DNA of 58,213 bases from Acidobacteriota bacterium (GCA_050258415.1 JBLMYS010000126.1:1-58213), one strand, 5' to 3'; shown: positions 20,192-30,339, counted from the stretch's first letter. Notes: generated from the sequence alone by a model not told the origin. A program made the numbers and translations.

Positions 20192-20304
20192 TTGATGACT
20201 TAAATTAAATGGAATATTAAAGGAAGTGCCAGATAGTGCCGATTTTTTTCAGCTAAAAGTAAAAATATAATTATGCAAAAACAACTTCATAAGGTGAATA
20301 AAAC

Positions 20305-20688
20305 CTATTTTCCGGCCTTTTTACCCTTTAAAGGTTTATCCATATCCTCATCAAACTCTAGGTGGAACTTGTGCAGGAACCTGTGGAAAACGGGAGCAAA
20401 AAGGACTCCTACAATTACAAGGAAAACAATGCCTGAGAATAAGGCATACGCCGAAGCAAAAAGTTTGCCGGCAGTCGTTTTAATAGGGTCTACGGGTCCC
20501 ATCCCTCCTAAAATCATCGAAGAGTTCAGAACGGCATCTATCCACCCCAGGCCCTCAAGATAGTGGTAGCCCGCAATTCCCAAGAAAAGCGATAGTGCAA
20601 CAATGCCCGCCGCCATCCAGAAATGATTCAACATTCTAAGGATAAACTTAGTCCTCGGTAGAAGAGGCTGCCGCCGCTTCTCATACAT
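20305..20688 (-). CDS. Small 2-TM ion-channel-like membrane protein (pore-loop type, non-canonical filter)
   Basis: TM1 is FWMAAGIVALSLFLGIAGYHYL. A pore-helix-like segment WIDAVLNSSMILGGMGPVDP follows, then TM2 LFASAYALFSGIVFLVIVGVLFAPVF. Confidence 0.45.
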   Translation of the reverse strand: MYEKRRQPLLPRTKFILRMLNHFWMAAGIVALSLFLGIAGYHYLEGLGWIDAVLNSSMILGGMGPVDPIKTTAGKLFASAYALFSGIVFLVIVGVLFAPVFHRFLHKFHLEFDEDMDKPLKGKKAGK

Positions 20689-20712
20689 AAGGCTCCTCCT
20701 GTTGCTGTAGTT

Positions 20713-21162
20713 TTATGAAAAATCGATTCCTGCCCCTCTGCTCTTCCTTTCCAGAAAGTAATCCATTCCATACTTTCCGCTGCCGAAAAGAAATATTGAA
20801 ACTGCAATTGTAAGCAGAGTCAGCGGAAATTCAAATCCCGCGGGGGCAAAAAATCCGTGTGGCAAATGTACCCTCAGTATTGCAACCATCATTATCACTG
20901 CAATTCCGCCCGATGCAACCCTCGTTATCAGGCCAAGCAAAACCAGTATGCCGAATATGAATTCACCAAATGCGTCCATATATGCAAGTGCAGCCGGAAT
21001 CCCCATGCCTGTAAACATCCCTATGGTGGTGCCAAGCCCTTTGCCTCCAAAAGCTCCCAATACTTTCTGCGCCCCGTGGGCAATAAAGACTACTCCCAGA
21101 ATAATTCTCAGTAAAAGAATTACCACAGAAGCATTTACCCATGGCCTTAACAGTAGCTTCAT
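20713..21162 (-). CDS. DoxX-family membrane protein
   Basis: Four hydrophobic helices and a DoxX-type N-terminus LLRIILGVVFIAHGAQKVLGAFGG. Confidence 0.75.
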   Translation of the reverse strand: MKLLLRPWVNASVVILLLRIILGVVFIAHGAQKVLGAFGGKGLGTTIGMFTGMGIPAALAYMDAFGEFIFGILVLLGLITRVASGGIAVIMMVAILRVHLPHGFFAPAGFEFPLTLLTIAVSIFLFGSGKYGMDYFLERKSRGAGIDFS

Positions 21163-21342
21163 TATAGTACTCCTTTCTTGATTTGCGTCTGAATATAGTA
21201 TAGTAAAATGAATTGTCAGTTTCTAAGAAATTCCTCACAAATAATTTGCAAAGGGCACAAAAAGACATATTTTAGTATAATTGATTTTATAACTGTGTAT
21301 CTTTATATTTTTGATGAATCTTTCGAATTAATTGGAGGTAAA

Positions 21343-22089
21343 ATGAAAATAGCAGTCTGCGTAAGTCACGTGCCGGATACTGCTACAAAAATTGTTATCG
21401 GTTCTGACGGTAAGACAATTGATCCAAACGGCGTTACCTACATAATCAATCCTTATGACGAGTTTGCAGTTGAAGAAGCCCTGAAGACAAAGGAAAAGTT
21501 GGGTGGTGAGGTTGTCGTCATTAGTCTGGGGAAAGAGGCAAATAAAGAAACTATCAGGAAGGCGCTTGCTATGGGAGCCGACCAGGGAGTTTTGCTGAAG
21601 GACGATCTTCAGAGGGATCCTGTGGGAGTGGCAAAGGCGCTTTCAGAGGAGATCAAGGCACAGGGAGCCGAACTTGTATTCTTCGGCAAACAATCAGTTG
21701 ATTACGACAACTCAATAACAGGGCAGCTTACGGCTGAAATGCTTGGATATAACTGTGTATCGGTAGTTGTTGATTTAAAAATCGATGGCAATAAAATTGT
21801 TGCCGAAAGAGAAATTGAAGGCGGTCGTGAAGTAGTTGAAACCAGCCTTCCTGCTGTAATTACAGCCCAGAAAGGCTTAAATGAACCAAGATATGCTTCA
21901 CTTAAGGGAATAATGGCGGCCAAGAAAAAAGTAATCGAGGAAAAACCGGCTCAAGCGTCAGAAAAAACGGTTGAAATCCTGAAGATGAAAAAGCCGGCCT
22001 TGAAACAGCCCGGAAGAATTATCGGCACTGATAAGACTGCCGTTCCGGAACTGGTTCGTTTACTTAAAGAAGAAGCAAAAGTCATTTAA
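21343..22089 (+). CDS. etfB: Electron transfer flavoprotein, beta subunit
   Basis: MKIAVCVSHVPDTATK...INPYDEFAVEEAL. A GGAGGT RBS at 21334-21339 supports the ATG at 21343 rather than the ORF-track start at 21208. Confidence 0.92.
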   Translation: MKIAVCVSHVPDTATKIVIGSDGKTIDPNGVTYIINPYDEFAVEEALKTKEKLGGEVVVISLGKEANKETIRKALAMGADQGVLLKDDLQRDPVGVAKALSEEIKAQGAELVFFGKQSVDYDNSITGQLTAEMLGYNCVSVVVDLKIDGNKIVAEREIEGGREVVETSLPAVITAQKGLNEPRYASLKGIMAAKKKVIEEKPAQASEKTVEILKMKKPALKQPGRIIGTDKTAVPELVRLLKEEAKVI

Positions 22090-22103
22090 AAGGGAATTGA
22101 ATT

Positions 22104-23072
22104 ATGGCAAATAAAATCATAACATTTTTAGAGCAAAGGAATGGGATCCTTAAGAAGTCTTCTCTGGAGACTGCTAAAGAAGCTGCAAAGATGGCTTCAG
22201 AGCTTAATTATGAAGTTGAAGCCGTTGCTATCGGCAATAACGTCGAAGACCTCGAAAGCGTTGGCAAATACGGCGTTGGTAAGGTTACTTTCTTCAAAAG
22301 TGAGAGTCTTGCAAATTATTCCTCTTCTGCATACGCCAGTGTAGTTTCAGATTACGCAAAAACAACTGATGCAGACATTTTACTTTTCTCAAATACTTCA
22401 ATGGGTAAAGATCTTGCACCTCTTGTTTGTGTTAAACTTGGGGCCGGAATATTGATGGACTGCGTGAGCCTGGAGGTTTCTTCAGGTGAAATTACCGCTA
22501 CACGCCCGGTATTTGCCGGAAAGGCGCTTGTTGAGGCAAAAATAACTTCACAGAAGAAAATCTTTACACTCAGGCCGAACGTCTTTAACATCGGAGAATT
22601 ATCTGATAATAAAGCCGAGATTACGATTAAAGACGTAGAAAGCCCGGATCTCAGATCAAAAGTTGTGGAAGTAAAAAAATCCGAGGGCAAACTCGACGTG
22701 GCTGAGGCTGAAATTATTGTCTCAGGCGGACGCGGCTTGAAGGCTCCCGAGAACTTCCATATGGTCGAGGAACTGGCAGACACCTTAGGCGCTGCTGTTG
22801 GAGCCTCCCGTGCAGTTGTTGATGCTGGCTGGAGACCTCATAGCGAACAGGTTGGACAGACAGGCAAGACCGTCTCGCCAAACCTTTATATCGCAATCGG
22901 TATTTCAGGCGCAATTCAGCACCTGGCCGGAATGTCCTCATCCAAGTATATCGTTGCGATAAATAAGGATAAGGACGCTCCTATCTTCGGTATAGCCGAT
23001 TACGGGATTGCTGGAGATATTTTTGAGGTTCTGCCGGCGCTGACCGAAGAGATAAAAAAAATTAAAGGTTAA
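22104..23072 (+). CDS. etfA: Electron transfer flavoprotein, alpha subunit
   Basis: The FAD-binding C-terminal half reads VSGGRGL...GASRAVVDAGW...QVGQTGKTVSPNLYIAIGISGAIQHLAGM. Confidence 0.93.
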   Translation: MANKIITFLEQRNGILKKSSLETAKEAAKMASELNYEVEAVAIGNNVEDLESVGKYGVGKVTFFKSESLANYSSSAYASVVSDYAKTTDADILLFSNTSMGKDLAPLVCVKLGAGILMDCVSLEVSSGEITATRPVFAGKALVEAKITSQKKIFTLRPNVFNIGELSDNKAEITIKDVESPDLRSKVVEVKKSEGKLDVAEAEIIVSGGRGLKAPENFHMVEELADTLGAAVGASRAVVDAGWRPHSEQVGQTGKTVSPNLYIAIGISGAIQHLAGMSSSKYIVAINKDKDAPIFGIADYGIAGDIFEVLPALTEEIKKIKG

Positions 23073-23177
23073 AAGTCCCCTGGCCCTTTTTCCCCATAAT
23101 CCCTTTTTACGGATTTGTGGAATTGAAAAAAAAGCATATTTTATAGTAAGGCTCATTAACCTTATAAGAGGTAGTAA

Positions 23178-23783
23178 TTGAATAAAGTTCAGGTGGAAAT
23201 ACTAGGTTTATCATCCACTCCTTCAGCGGGTGGTGCATATGCAATTCTTCTTAAGGAAGTCTATGGCGTAAGAAGGCTCCCGATTATAATCGGGGCTTTC
23301 GAAGCACAGGCAATTGCACTGGAAATCGAAGGCATTAAACCACCACGCCCCCTAACTCATGACCTTCTAAAGAATGTCATCGATAACCTGGGTGCCGCGG
23401 TGCAGGAGATCCTTATTGATGAACTGAGGGATAATACATTCTTCGCTAAAATAGTTCTCGAAGTATCTTCCCTTACCAATGACGTCGACTCGAGGCCCAG
23501 TGATGCTATTGCACTTGCTGTAAGGACACAATCCCCTATCTATGTTAATGAGGAGGTAATGAAGGCGGCCGCTTTTATTCCTTCAGGAGAGGAGGAAGCC
23601 GCTGAAAGTATGGAGGAAAACCTGCCCGACGAGGAGCCCACTGAAAAAGCAGCTCCCTCTGGATCGAGGGAATCCAAACTTGCTTCACTTCAGAATCAGC
23701 TTCGTGAAGCCCTGGAAAAAGAAGATTATGAAAGAGCGGCCAGAATAAGGGATGAAATTAAAAAGATGACAGATCAGAATTAA
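23178..23783 (+). CDS. Bifunctional nuclease (BFN/DUF151) domain protein with a C-terminal UVR motif
   Basis: TTG start. BFN-type sequence LPIIIGAFEAQAIALEIEGIKPPRPLTHDL...SRPSDAIALAVR. UVR-like segment is EDYERAARIRDEIKKM. Confidence 0.8.
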   Translation: MNKVQVEILGLSSTPSAGGAYAILLKEVYGVRRLPIIIGAFEAQAIALEIEGIKPPRPLTHDLLKNVIDNLGAAVQEILIDELRDNTFFAKIVLEVSSLTNDVDSRPSDAIALAVRTQSPIYVNEEVMKAAAFIPSGEEEAAESMEENLPDEEPTEKAAPSGSRESKLASLQNQLREALEKEDYERAARIRDEIKKMTDQN

Positions 23784-23787
23784 AACT

Positions 23788-23821
23788 AAAAAGCCGGTTA
23801 AATTATTAACCGGCTTTTTTA
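23788..23821. terminator. Bidirectional intrinsic terminator between convergent genes
   Basis: Sequence is aaaaagccggttaa-atta-ttaaccggctttttt, a 10-bp stem flanked by an A-run and a T-run. Confidence 0.8.
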
Positions 23822-23848
23822 TTATCACTTTAGGAATTTATAAGAAAA

Positions 23849-25069
23849 TTACTTTACGGCCTGAAATATCTGCTCTGAGACGATCTTCTCCGTATCGAGG
23901 GCTATTACAAGCTCTTCATTTGTAGGTATCTTATAAATCTTCACCTTGCTGTCACTTTCTGACATAAGCACTTCACCATCAGGCCTGCTGTTGTTTAAGT
24001 TTACATCCAGCTTTAAGCCGAGGTATTCCATGTTCTCGCAGACGGCAGCACGAACCATCTCGGAGTTTTCTCCTATTCCGCCTGTAAATACGAGTGCATC
24101 GACGCCACCCATGGCAGCTATATAAGATCCGATATATTTCTTTATACGGTAAGTAAATACGTCAAAAGCGTACTTCGCTTTCTTGTTGCCTTCTTTGACA
24201 GCCGTCTCAATCTCTCTCATGTCGCTGCTTTCGCCGCTAATGCCGATAAGGCCTGAGTGCTTGTTTAAGAGCGTATTAGCTTCTGAGAGCGAGAGGCCTT
24301 CTTTTCCCATGACATATAGAATAAGTGAAGGATCCATATCTCCGCCTCTAGTTCCCATTAAGAGTCCTTCAAGAGGAGTAAAGCCCATGGAAGTATCTAC
24401 TGAGCGCCCTTTGTCAACTGCAGCAATAGAGCATCCGTTGCCCAGGTGGGCTGTTATAATTTTCAGTTCTTCGATCGGGCGCCCTGTCAGATCGGCAGCT
24501 CTTTTTGAAACATAGAGGTGCGAGGTTCCGTGGAAACCGTAACGCCTGATCTTGTACTTCTTGTAAAGCTCATATGGAATACCATAGAGGTAAGCGTGAG
24601 GCGGCATCTGGCTATGGAATGCCGTATCGAAAACACCAACCTGCGGAGTTCCGGGCATCTGTTTTAAGACAGCCTCAATGCCTTTAATGTTAGGTGGATT
24701 ATGAAGCGGTGCAAGCTCAATATTATCCTTTAATGCCTGCATTACTTCATCAGTAATTAAAACTGAGCCTGAGAAAGTCTCACCGCCGTGAACAACCCTG
24801 TGGCCTACGGCGTCAATTTCACTTTTATCCTTGATCACTCCGTGGTTCTTGCTTAATAAAACTGCAATTACGTATTCAATTGCAATTGAGTGATCGAGAA
24901 TTTCACCTACGATCTTAATCTTTTCTTTTCCAATAGGTGCATGCGTCAATATTGCGCCGCTCATGCCGATTCTTTCAACCAGGCCTTTTGCAAGGACCAG
25001 CTTCTCTTCGGTATCAAAGAACTGGTACTTGATTGAGGAGCTGCCGCTGTTTAATACTAATACTTTCAT
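23849..25069 (-). CDS. ackA: Acetate kinase
   Basis: N-terminus MKVLVLNSGSSSIKYQFF, plus HRVVHGG and GFHGTSH motifs. 406 aa. Confidence 0.95.
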   Translation of the reverse strand: MKVLVLNSGSSSIKYQFFDTEEKLVLAKGLVERIGMSGAILTHAPIGKEKIKIVGEILDHSIAIEYVIAVLLSKNHGVIKDKSEIDAVGHRVVHGGETFSGSVLITDEVMQALKDNIELAPLHNPPNIKGIEAVLKQMPGTPQVGVFDTAFHSQMPPHAYLYGIPYELYKKYKIRRYGFHGTSHLYVSKRAADLTGRPIEELKIITAHLGNGCSIAAVDKGRSVDTSMGFTPLEGLLMGTRGGDMDPSLILYVMGKEGLSLSEANTLLNKHSGLIGISGESSDMREIETAVKEGNKKAKYAFDVFTYRIKKYIGSYIAAMGGVDALVFTGGIGENSEMVRAAVCENMEYLGLKLDVNLNNSRPDGEVLMSESDSKVKIYKIPTNEELVIALDTEKIVSEQIFQAVK

Positions 25070-25088
25070 TTATTTATTTAATCTCCTG

Positions 25089-26015
25089 TTATTTGCCGTC
25101 AGTGTTGTATTTATAAAAACCTTCTCCCGTCTTGCGCCCCAGCTTCTTTTCGCGCACGAGCTTGCGCAGAATCGGGCATGCCCTGTAGCGTGGTTCACCC
25201 AAAGTTTTCCAGAGTGTTTCCATCCAGGCCAGGACCTCGTCAAGACCCATAGCGTCTGCCATTTCAAGAGGACCCATCGGGAAATTGTATCCCAGTTTCA
25301 TTGCAGTATCTATACCTTCAGCGGTAGCAACACCTTCCATCAGTATGTACATCGCTTCATTTAAAAGGGGTACAATGGCTCTTGTAGTTACAAAGCCCGG
25401 GTATTCGTAAACTTCAACCGCAGTTTTGCCTATTCTCTTTGCAAATTCCTTTACACGCTCCAGTGTGTGCTCTGATGTATCAAATGCCTTCACGAGCTCA
25501 ACAAGCGGAACCTTCGGCACAGGATTCAGGAAGTGCATGCCTACAATCTTATCGGTTCTTTTTGTTACTTCGGCAATTTTGGTCAGGCTGAGCGTAGAGG
25601 TGTTTGAAACCAGAATTGTGCCCGGGAGTGCAATTGCATCGATCTGTCTGAAGATAGCTTTCTTGAGTTCCAGATCCTCATCCACGGCCTCAATGACAAG
25701 GTCGCAGTCTGCAATCTCATTTATATCGATAGTCCATTTAATACGGCTGAGGATAGATTTCTTTTCGCTCTTTGTCATTGCCCAGCGACTGATTTCCCTG
25801 TCCATGGCCTCCGAGAGGTTTTGCTTTGAGCAGCTGAGATGTTCTTCATCTTTTTCCACAATCAGAACATCTACTCCTGAGGATGAAACGGTCTGGGCAA
25901 TTCCCTGCCCCATCACACCTGCTCCTATTATAGCCACGTAATCAATTCTTTCTTTTTCTTCCTTCTGCGGAGACAGACCGAGGAGATCTTCTAATTTTAA
26001 TTTTTCTTCGTCCAT
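25089..26015 (-). CDS. hbd: 3-hydroxyacyl-CoA / 3-hydroxybutyryl-CoA dehydrogenase
   Basis: Rossmann motif VAIIGAGVMGQGIAQ, MHFLNPVP, and the 3HCDH C-terminal domain (GFVTTRAI...MKLGYNFPMGPLE). Confidence 0.88.
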   Translation of the reverse strand: MDEEKLKLEDLLGLSPQKEEKERIDYVAIIGAGVMGQGIAQTVSSSGVDVLIVEKDEEHLSCSKQNLSEAMDREISRWAMTKSEKKSILSRIKWTIDINEIADCDLVIEAVDEDLELKKAIFRQIDAIALPGTILVSNTSTLSLTKIAEVTKRTDKIVGMHFLNPVPKVPLVELVKAFDTSEHTLERVKEFAKRIGKTAVEVYEYPGFVTTRAIVPLLNEAMYILMEGVATAEGIDTAMKLGYNFPMGPLEMADAMGLDEVLAWMETLWKTLGEPRYRACPILRKLVREKKLGRKTGEGFYKYNTDGK

Positions 26016-26391
26016 AATTGGTTCTTACCTATATATATTTTTTAAACTTTTGCCAGTGGTTTTAAGTCTGAGTTGAAATGTATGTTACCCGGCAGATGCT
26101 TAAAATGAGCAATTTTTGTTCCAGAAAATACCCTCTAAATAAGCTCAATTTCAATATATTTATTTACCCTTTACTATAAATAATAATCTATTGGCATTAA
26201 AATGAGAACAACAGTTAATTCTTCCCCTTAATTTAACCAATAGAAACCTTAGGAAATTCCTTAAAGGGAGTAATTTTTATTTATTCAAAAGATTAATTTT
26301 CTTATAATAGTGTCGAAAAAGAGAGCTTCTGTTTTTAGCTGCAATATATCATTTTTTCTATACAATGTTCGGTAATTAAATTCTATATACA

Positions 26392-29007
26392 ATGACCCCT
26401 GAAGAAATTCTACTCAAATACTTTGGACACGAGAGCTTCCGCGCAGGACAGCGGGAAATAATTAACTCCATACTGGAGGGGGAAAACGTTCTTGCCATTC
26501 TCCCCACCGGAGGCGGAAAGTCGGTCTGCTTTCAGGTTCCCGCACTAATGAGTAAAAATCTTTCTATCGTCATATCTCCTCTTATAGCCCTGATGAAAGA
26601 CCAGGTCGACCAGCTAAACACTAAAGATACCGTTGCGGCATTTATTAATAGTACGGTCAGTTACCTCGAGACCGAAGAAATTTTCCGCGGCATATTAGAA
26701 GGAAAAATAAAACTGTTGTACCTGGCTCCCGAAAAGCTGGAGGCTGGACCGTTTGCAGATAAAATCAGATCACTGAATGCCGAGTATCTTTTTATAGATG
26801 AAGCCCACTGCATATCTGAATGGGGCCATAACTTCCGCCCCGGTTTCAGAAGGATTAAAAGCTTTGCCGAATATACCGGCATAAAAAAAATTTCAGCCTT
26901 CACGGCTACTGCAACACCCGAGGTAATTGAGGACATTACGCTTCAGCTCGGTATGGAAAACCCCAGGGTCTTTATTAAAGGCTTTGAAAGAGAAAATCTT
27001 TCCTTAAGCGTAATTAAAACGACAAAGAAAAAAATTGAATGCTTTAATCTCCTCGCAAACTATGGCTCCCCGGCAATAATATATGCCGCTTCAAGGAAAA
27101 AATGCGAACAGATTACCGATTTCCTCAACCTCTACAACCTTAATGCAGCCTGCTACCACGCGGGACTTGCATCAGAAAAAAGAAAACATATACAGGAAGA
27201 GTTCCTCTCGGGCAGCGTTGATATCATTGTTGCCACAAACGCATTTGGCATGGGTATCGATAAAAAAGATATCCGGCTTGTCATTCATTACAACATGCCG
27301 GGCACAATTGAAAGCTACTACCAGGAAATCGGCCGCGCTGGACGCGACGGCAAAGAGTCACACGCCATCATGCTATTTGATGAAAACGACAGGCGGATAC
27401 ACGAATTTTTTATTAGGAACTCATACCCCGACAAGGATCTAATCATGGGCGTATATAATGCCATATGCGACTACGGTAAGATAGCTCTTGGTAGCAGATC
27501 CGATAAGCCGATCCCTGTAAATGAGACATATATTGCGGCCTATGTAAAAAGGGAAGTCTCCAAAACTCTCCTCAATTCAGTGCTAAATTCACTGGAGCAG
27601 GCGGGCTACTTAAAACCAGTCTCTTCCTTCTTACAGAAATATATGGCGCAGTTTACTCTGGACGTTGAAACACTGAAGGAATATACAAAGTCCGTTTCCA
27701 ACAACACTTTGAGGGATATCATAGTTATTCTGCTTAAAAAATACGGCAAAAGCATTATTAGCGCACCTACTGCAATATCTCCCGAGGAACTGGCGGCAAA
27801 CTACGGCATTTCACCTGAATACGTCTTTCAGACACTTGAACTCTTAAACAGCCTGGGAATTATAGATCTCGTCAGACCCACAACTGACAACAAAGTAGTT
27901 CTTACGAAGACCAGGGTCAGGGACGAATACCTTTTCCTTGAATACGACAAAATTATGCATAATTGCAACAACGCCCGCAAGAAACTTGACGAGATGGTCA
28001 GCTATGCATATGCAGATAATTGCAGGATGAAATTCATTGTTAACTATTTCGGTCAGAACGGCGAAAACTTCAGTTGCGGCAAGTGCGACAACTGCACGGA
28101 AAGGCCGGAAGTGTCCAATTCCCTCTCGGAATACCTTTCGGAGCTCGTACTCCGCGCAGCCCTGGAAAGCTTAGGTGGCCTTTCAGAGGCAAGCCTCATA
28201 GCACTTCTGCAGGGTAAGTCTTCAGCCGTCCAATCGGGCTCATCCCCCATGTTCGGTAGCTGCTCTAAATACTCTTTGAGAGAACTTAAGAGTGTAATTG
28301 AATCGCTTTATGCAAAGTCTTTCCTTGAAAAAGAAGGATCCTACAGGAAAAGGATCGTTATCTCGACGAAGGGCCGGGAATTTCTGGATGAAAGAGACTT
28401 CTCGCCCATTCTTCAAAGTAAGAAGCAAACCGCGGAAGTTGAAAACAGCCTGGAGCTTTTCAATCATCTGCGCGAAATAAGAAGCCAGGCATCCAGAAAG
28501 TTCCGGCAGACAGAGGATCTTATCTGCCCCGACACTGTTTTAAGGGAGCTTGCAAAGCTTAAACCTTCAACTTACAGTGCAATTCTGAAAGTAAAAGGTT
28601 TCAACCAGCGCATGTTTAACAAAATAGGACAGGACTTTCTTGAAGCAATTCAGGAATTTATTACGAACAGGGCTGAGGGAGAAAAAGAAGACGCCCAAAG
28701 ACAGGTCCCGCAGGTATTAAGTGAAACCTTGAGTCTTCTAAAAGAGCGCTACCCGCTTAAGGACATAGCCTCTTTAAGAAAAATGAATGAGACGGTTATA
28801 TCGATGCAGATTGAAACAATTCTTGAGATGTTTCCGGATCTGGATGTATCTTACCTATTTCCCGGAAATGATTACGAAACAATAACTTCTGAAATCAGTA
28901 AAGGCTATACAGATCTTAAGGATCTGAAGAGCCGTCTTCCGGAGAAGACAGGCTTTCCTTTAATAAGAATTGCCGTGGCAAAGATGAAAATAAGTAAGCA
29001 GCGTTAA
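26392..29007 (+). CDS. recQ: RecQ-family ATP-dependent DNA helicase (long form, 871 aa)
   Basis: FGHESFRAGQREIINSIL, LPTGGGKS, DEAHCISEWGHNFRP and YYQEIGRAGRDG. A Cys cluster (CRMKFIVNYFG...SCGKCDNC) and an HRDC-like segment (LFNHLREIRSQASRKF...LRELAKLKP) follow. Confidence 0.9.
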   Translation: MTPEEILLKYFGHESFRAGQREIINSILEGENVLAILPTGGGKSVCFQVPALMSKNLSIVISPLIALMKDQVDQLNTKDTVAAFINSTVSYLETEEIFRGILEGKIKLLYLAPEKLEAGPFADKIRSLNAEYLFIDEAHCISEWGHNFRPGFRRIKSFAEYTGIKKISAFTATATPEVIEDITLQLGMENPRVFIKGFERENLSLSVIKTTKKKIECFNLLANYGSPAIIYAASRKKCEQITDFLNLYNLNAACYHAGLASEKRKHIQEEFLSGSVDIIVATNAFGMGIDKKDIRLVIHYNMPGTIESYYQEIGRAGRDGKESHAIMLFDENDRRIHEFFIRNSYPDKDLIMGVYNAICDYGKIALGSRSDKPIPVNETYIAAYVKREVSKTLLNSVLNSLEQAGYLKPVSSFLQKYMAQFTLDVETLKEYTKSVSNNTLRDIIVILLKKYGKSIISAPTAISPEELAANYGISPEYVFQTLELLNSLGIIDLVRPTTDNKVVLTKTRVRDEYLFLEYDKIMHNCNNARKKLDEMVSYAYADNCRMKFIVNYFGQNGENFSCGKCDNCTERPEVSNSLSEYLSELVLRAALESLGGLSEASLIALLQGKSSAVQSGSSPMFGSCSKYSLRELKSVIESLYAKSFLEKEGSYRKRIVISTKGREFLDERDFSPILQSKKQTAEVENSLELFNHLREIRSQASRKFRQTEDLICPDTVLRELAKLKPSTYSAILKVKGFNQRMFNKIGQDFLEAIQEFITNRAEGEKEDAQRQVPQVLSETLSLLKERYPLKDIASLRKMNETVISMQIETILEMFPDLDVSYLFPGNDYETITSEISKGYTDLKDLKSRLPEKTGFPLIRIAVAKMKISKQR

Positions 29008-29315
29008 ACCTTGTTGTTTTTCCTTAGCTGTGCAAGCCGGGCGTTTACCTTATCGAAAAAGTCCTTCCAGCGTTCGGGTTTTTCGGAGTAGTAGTTCAGT
29101 GTGGCTTTATACTCTTCTAAGGTAATGTCATATTTTGTAAATATCTTCTGCCTTTCAGACTTTACCATACTGATGTCGCCGCTGCTTTTTTCAGACGCAA
29201 TCAGCAGATCCACATAAAATGCGGCAAACTTTTCGTCGTCAGTGATCACTTTCCTGCCGGAGCAGGAACCAAGCGCAAAGACAAAGAGAATTATCGCGAG
29301 GTATTTTAAGGACAT
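29004..29315 (-). CDS. Small lipoprotein (DUF4296-like)
   Basis: Probable start is MSLKYLAIILFVFALGSC (lipobox) at 29315, 4 nt after the rhomboid gene stop. The ORF-track start at 29360 would overlap that gene. Confidence 0.6.
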   Translation of the reverse strand: MSLKYLAIILFVFALGSCSGRKVITDDEKFAAFYVDLLIASEKSSGDISMVKSERQKIFTKYDITLEEYKATLNYYSEKPERWKDFFDKVNARLAQLRKNNKV

Positions 29316-29319
29316 CAAT

Positions 29320-30216
29320 TTAACTTCTCTTGCTGGCTTCAAATAAGATCTTCTTCTCACGCTCTGTCAGATTCTGATATCCGCTCTGGCTTATTTTGTC
29401 GAGTATTCGGTCTATCTCTTCCTGCGTAATCGGTTTTTCTTCTTTCTTGTTTATTTCATAGTAATCCGCGTCAACAACTTTTTCATCGTTAATAAAAGGC
29501 CTCCTCCTAAACTGACTCTGCCGGGGCGAATACGGCTTCTTATATGATGAAAAAACGTTCCTTAGGCTAAAACCGCTCCTGGAGTCTAGCAGAATGAACG
29601 CAAAGCCTACTACAGCACCGCCTATATGAGCCAGGTGTGCTACAAGAGACATATCTCCTGCAGAGAGGAATTCCAGTACAACAAGAAAAGCAATCAGGTA
29701 TTTTGCCTTTACGGGGATAAGGAAGTAAATGAAGATATACCTGTCCGGGAACATCATAGCAAATGCTATCATCACGCCGTAAATTGCTCCTGAGGCGCCT
29801 ATGGTTGGAGCCATCATGTCTGCAACAATTGGAGAGAGCAACAGGTGCGCCAGGCCTCCGCCAATGCCGCAAACCAGGTAGAAAATTAGAAATTTCTTGG
29901 ATCCCCACAGATTTTCAATTTCCATTCCGAACATCCAGAGTGCAAACATATTAAAGAAGATATGGGAAAAACTTCCATGTAGAAACTGGTAGGTTACAAG
30001 CTGCCATATAAAAAACCCGTGCCCCAAGGGCATGAGGGCGAAATACTGGTTAATCTTGTCACTGGCAATAACCCCGTCGACACTAATGCTCGAGAGAATT
30101 AAATTCGTAACCAGAAACACCACGACATTAATGATCAAAAGATTTTTGATCACCGGTGGGAAAAAGCTGAAACCGCCGAAACCGGTCGGTCTGTAATAAT
30201 CACGCTCGGAATACAT
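29320..30216 (-). CDS. Rhomboid-family intramembrane serine protease
   Basis: Six TM helices with catalytic GASGAIYGV and AHLAHIGGA motifs. A soluble C-terminal tail follows. Confidence 0.88.
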   Translation of the reverse strand: MYSERDYYRPTGFGGFSFFPPVIKNLLIINVVVFLVTNLILSSISVDGVIASDKINQYFALMPLGHGFFIWQLVTYQFLHGSFSHIFFNMFALWMFGMEIENLWGSKKFLIFYLVCGIGGGLAHLLLSPIVADMMAPTIGASGAIYGVMIAFAMMFPDRYIFIYFLIPVKAKYLIAFLVVLEFLSAGDMSLVAHLAHIGGAVVGFAFILLDSRSGFSLRNVFSSYKKPYSPRQSQFRRRPFINDEKVVDADYYEINKKEEKPITQEEIDRILDKISQSGYQNLTEREKKILFEASKRS

Positions 30217-30339
30217 TAAACTTCCTTTTTCTTTTACCTTCTTTAAATTAAAACATAATACAGAAAAAAATAATTCATTTCAAGTTATGATACACTCTGA
30301 AGCTTTCACAGGTTTCAGTAAAATTCAGAAAAACAATGT

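Noticed and set aside
21208-21342. N-terminal extensions given by the ORF track. They affect etfB from 21208, the lipoprotein from 55438, the ROK kinase to 42715, rdgB to 47581, DUF4296 to 29360, the secreted protein to 43231, the Cys-rich protein to 45465 and M28 from 51080.
   Set aside because: In each case an internal start is preceded by a Shine-Dalgarno-like sequence and begins the conserved N-terminus or signal peptide. The extensions overlap neighbouring genes or repeated intergenic modules.
23178-23783. The bifunctional nuclease + UVR protein could be a defence nuclease.
   Set aside because: The BFN/DUF151-UVR architecture is a widespread housekeeping-type family. It sits among core metabolic genes (etfBA, ackA) with no island signatures.
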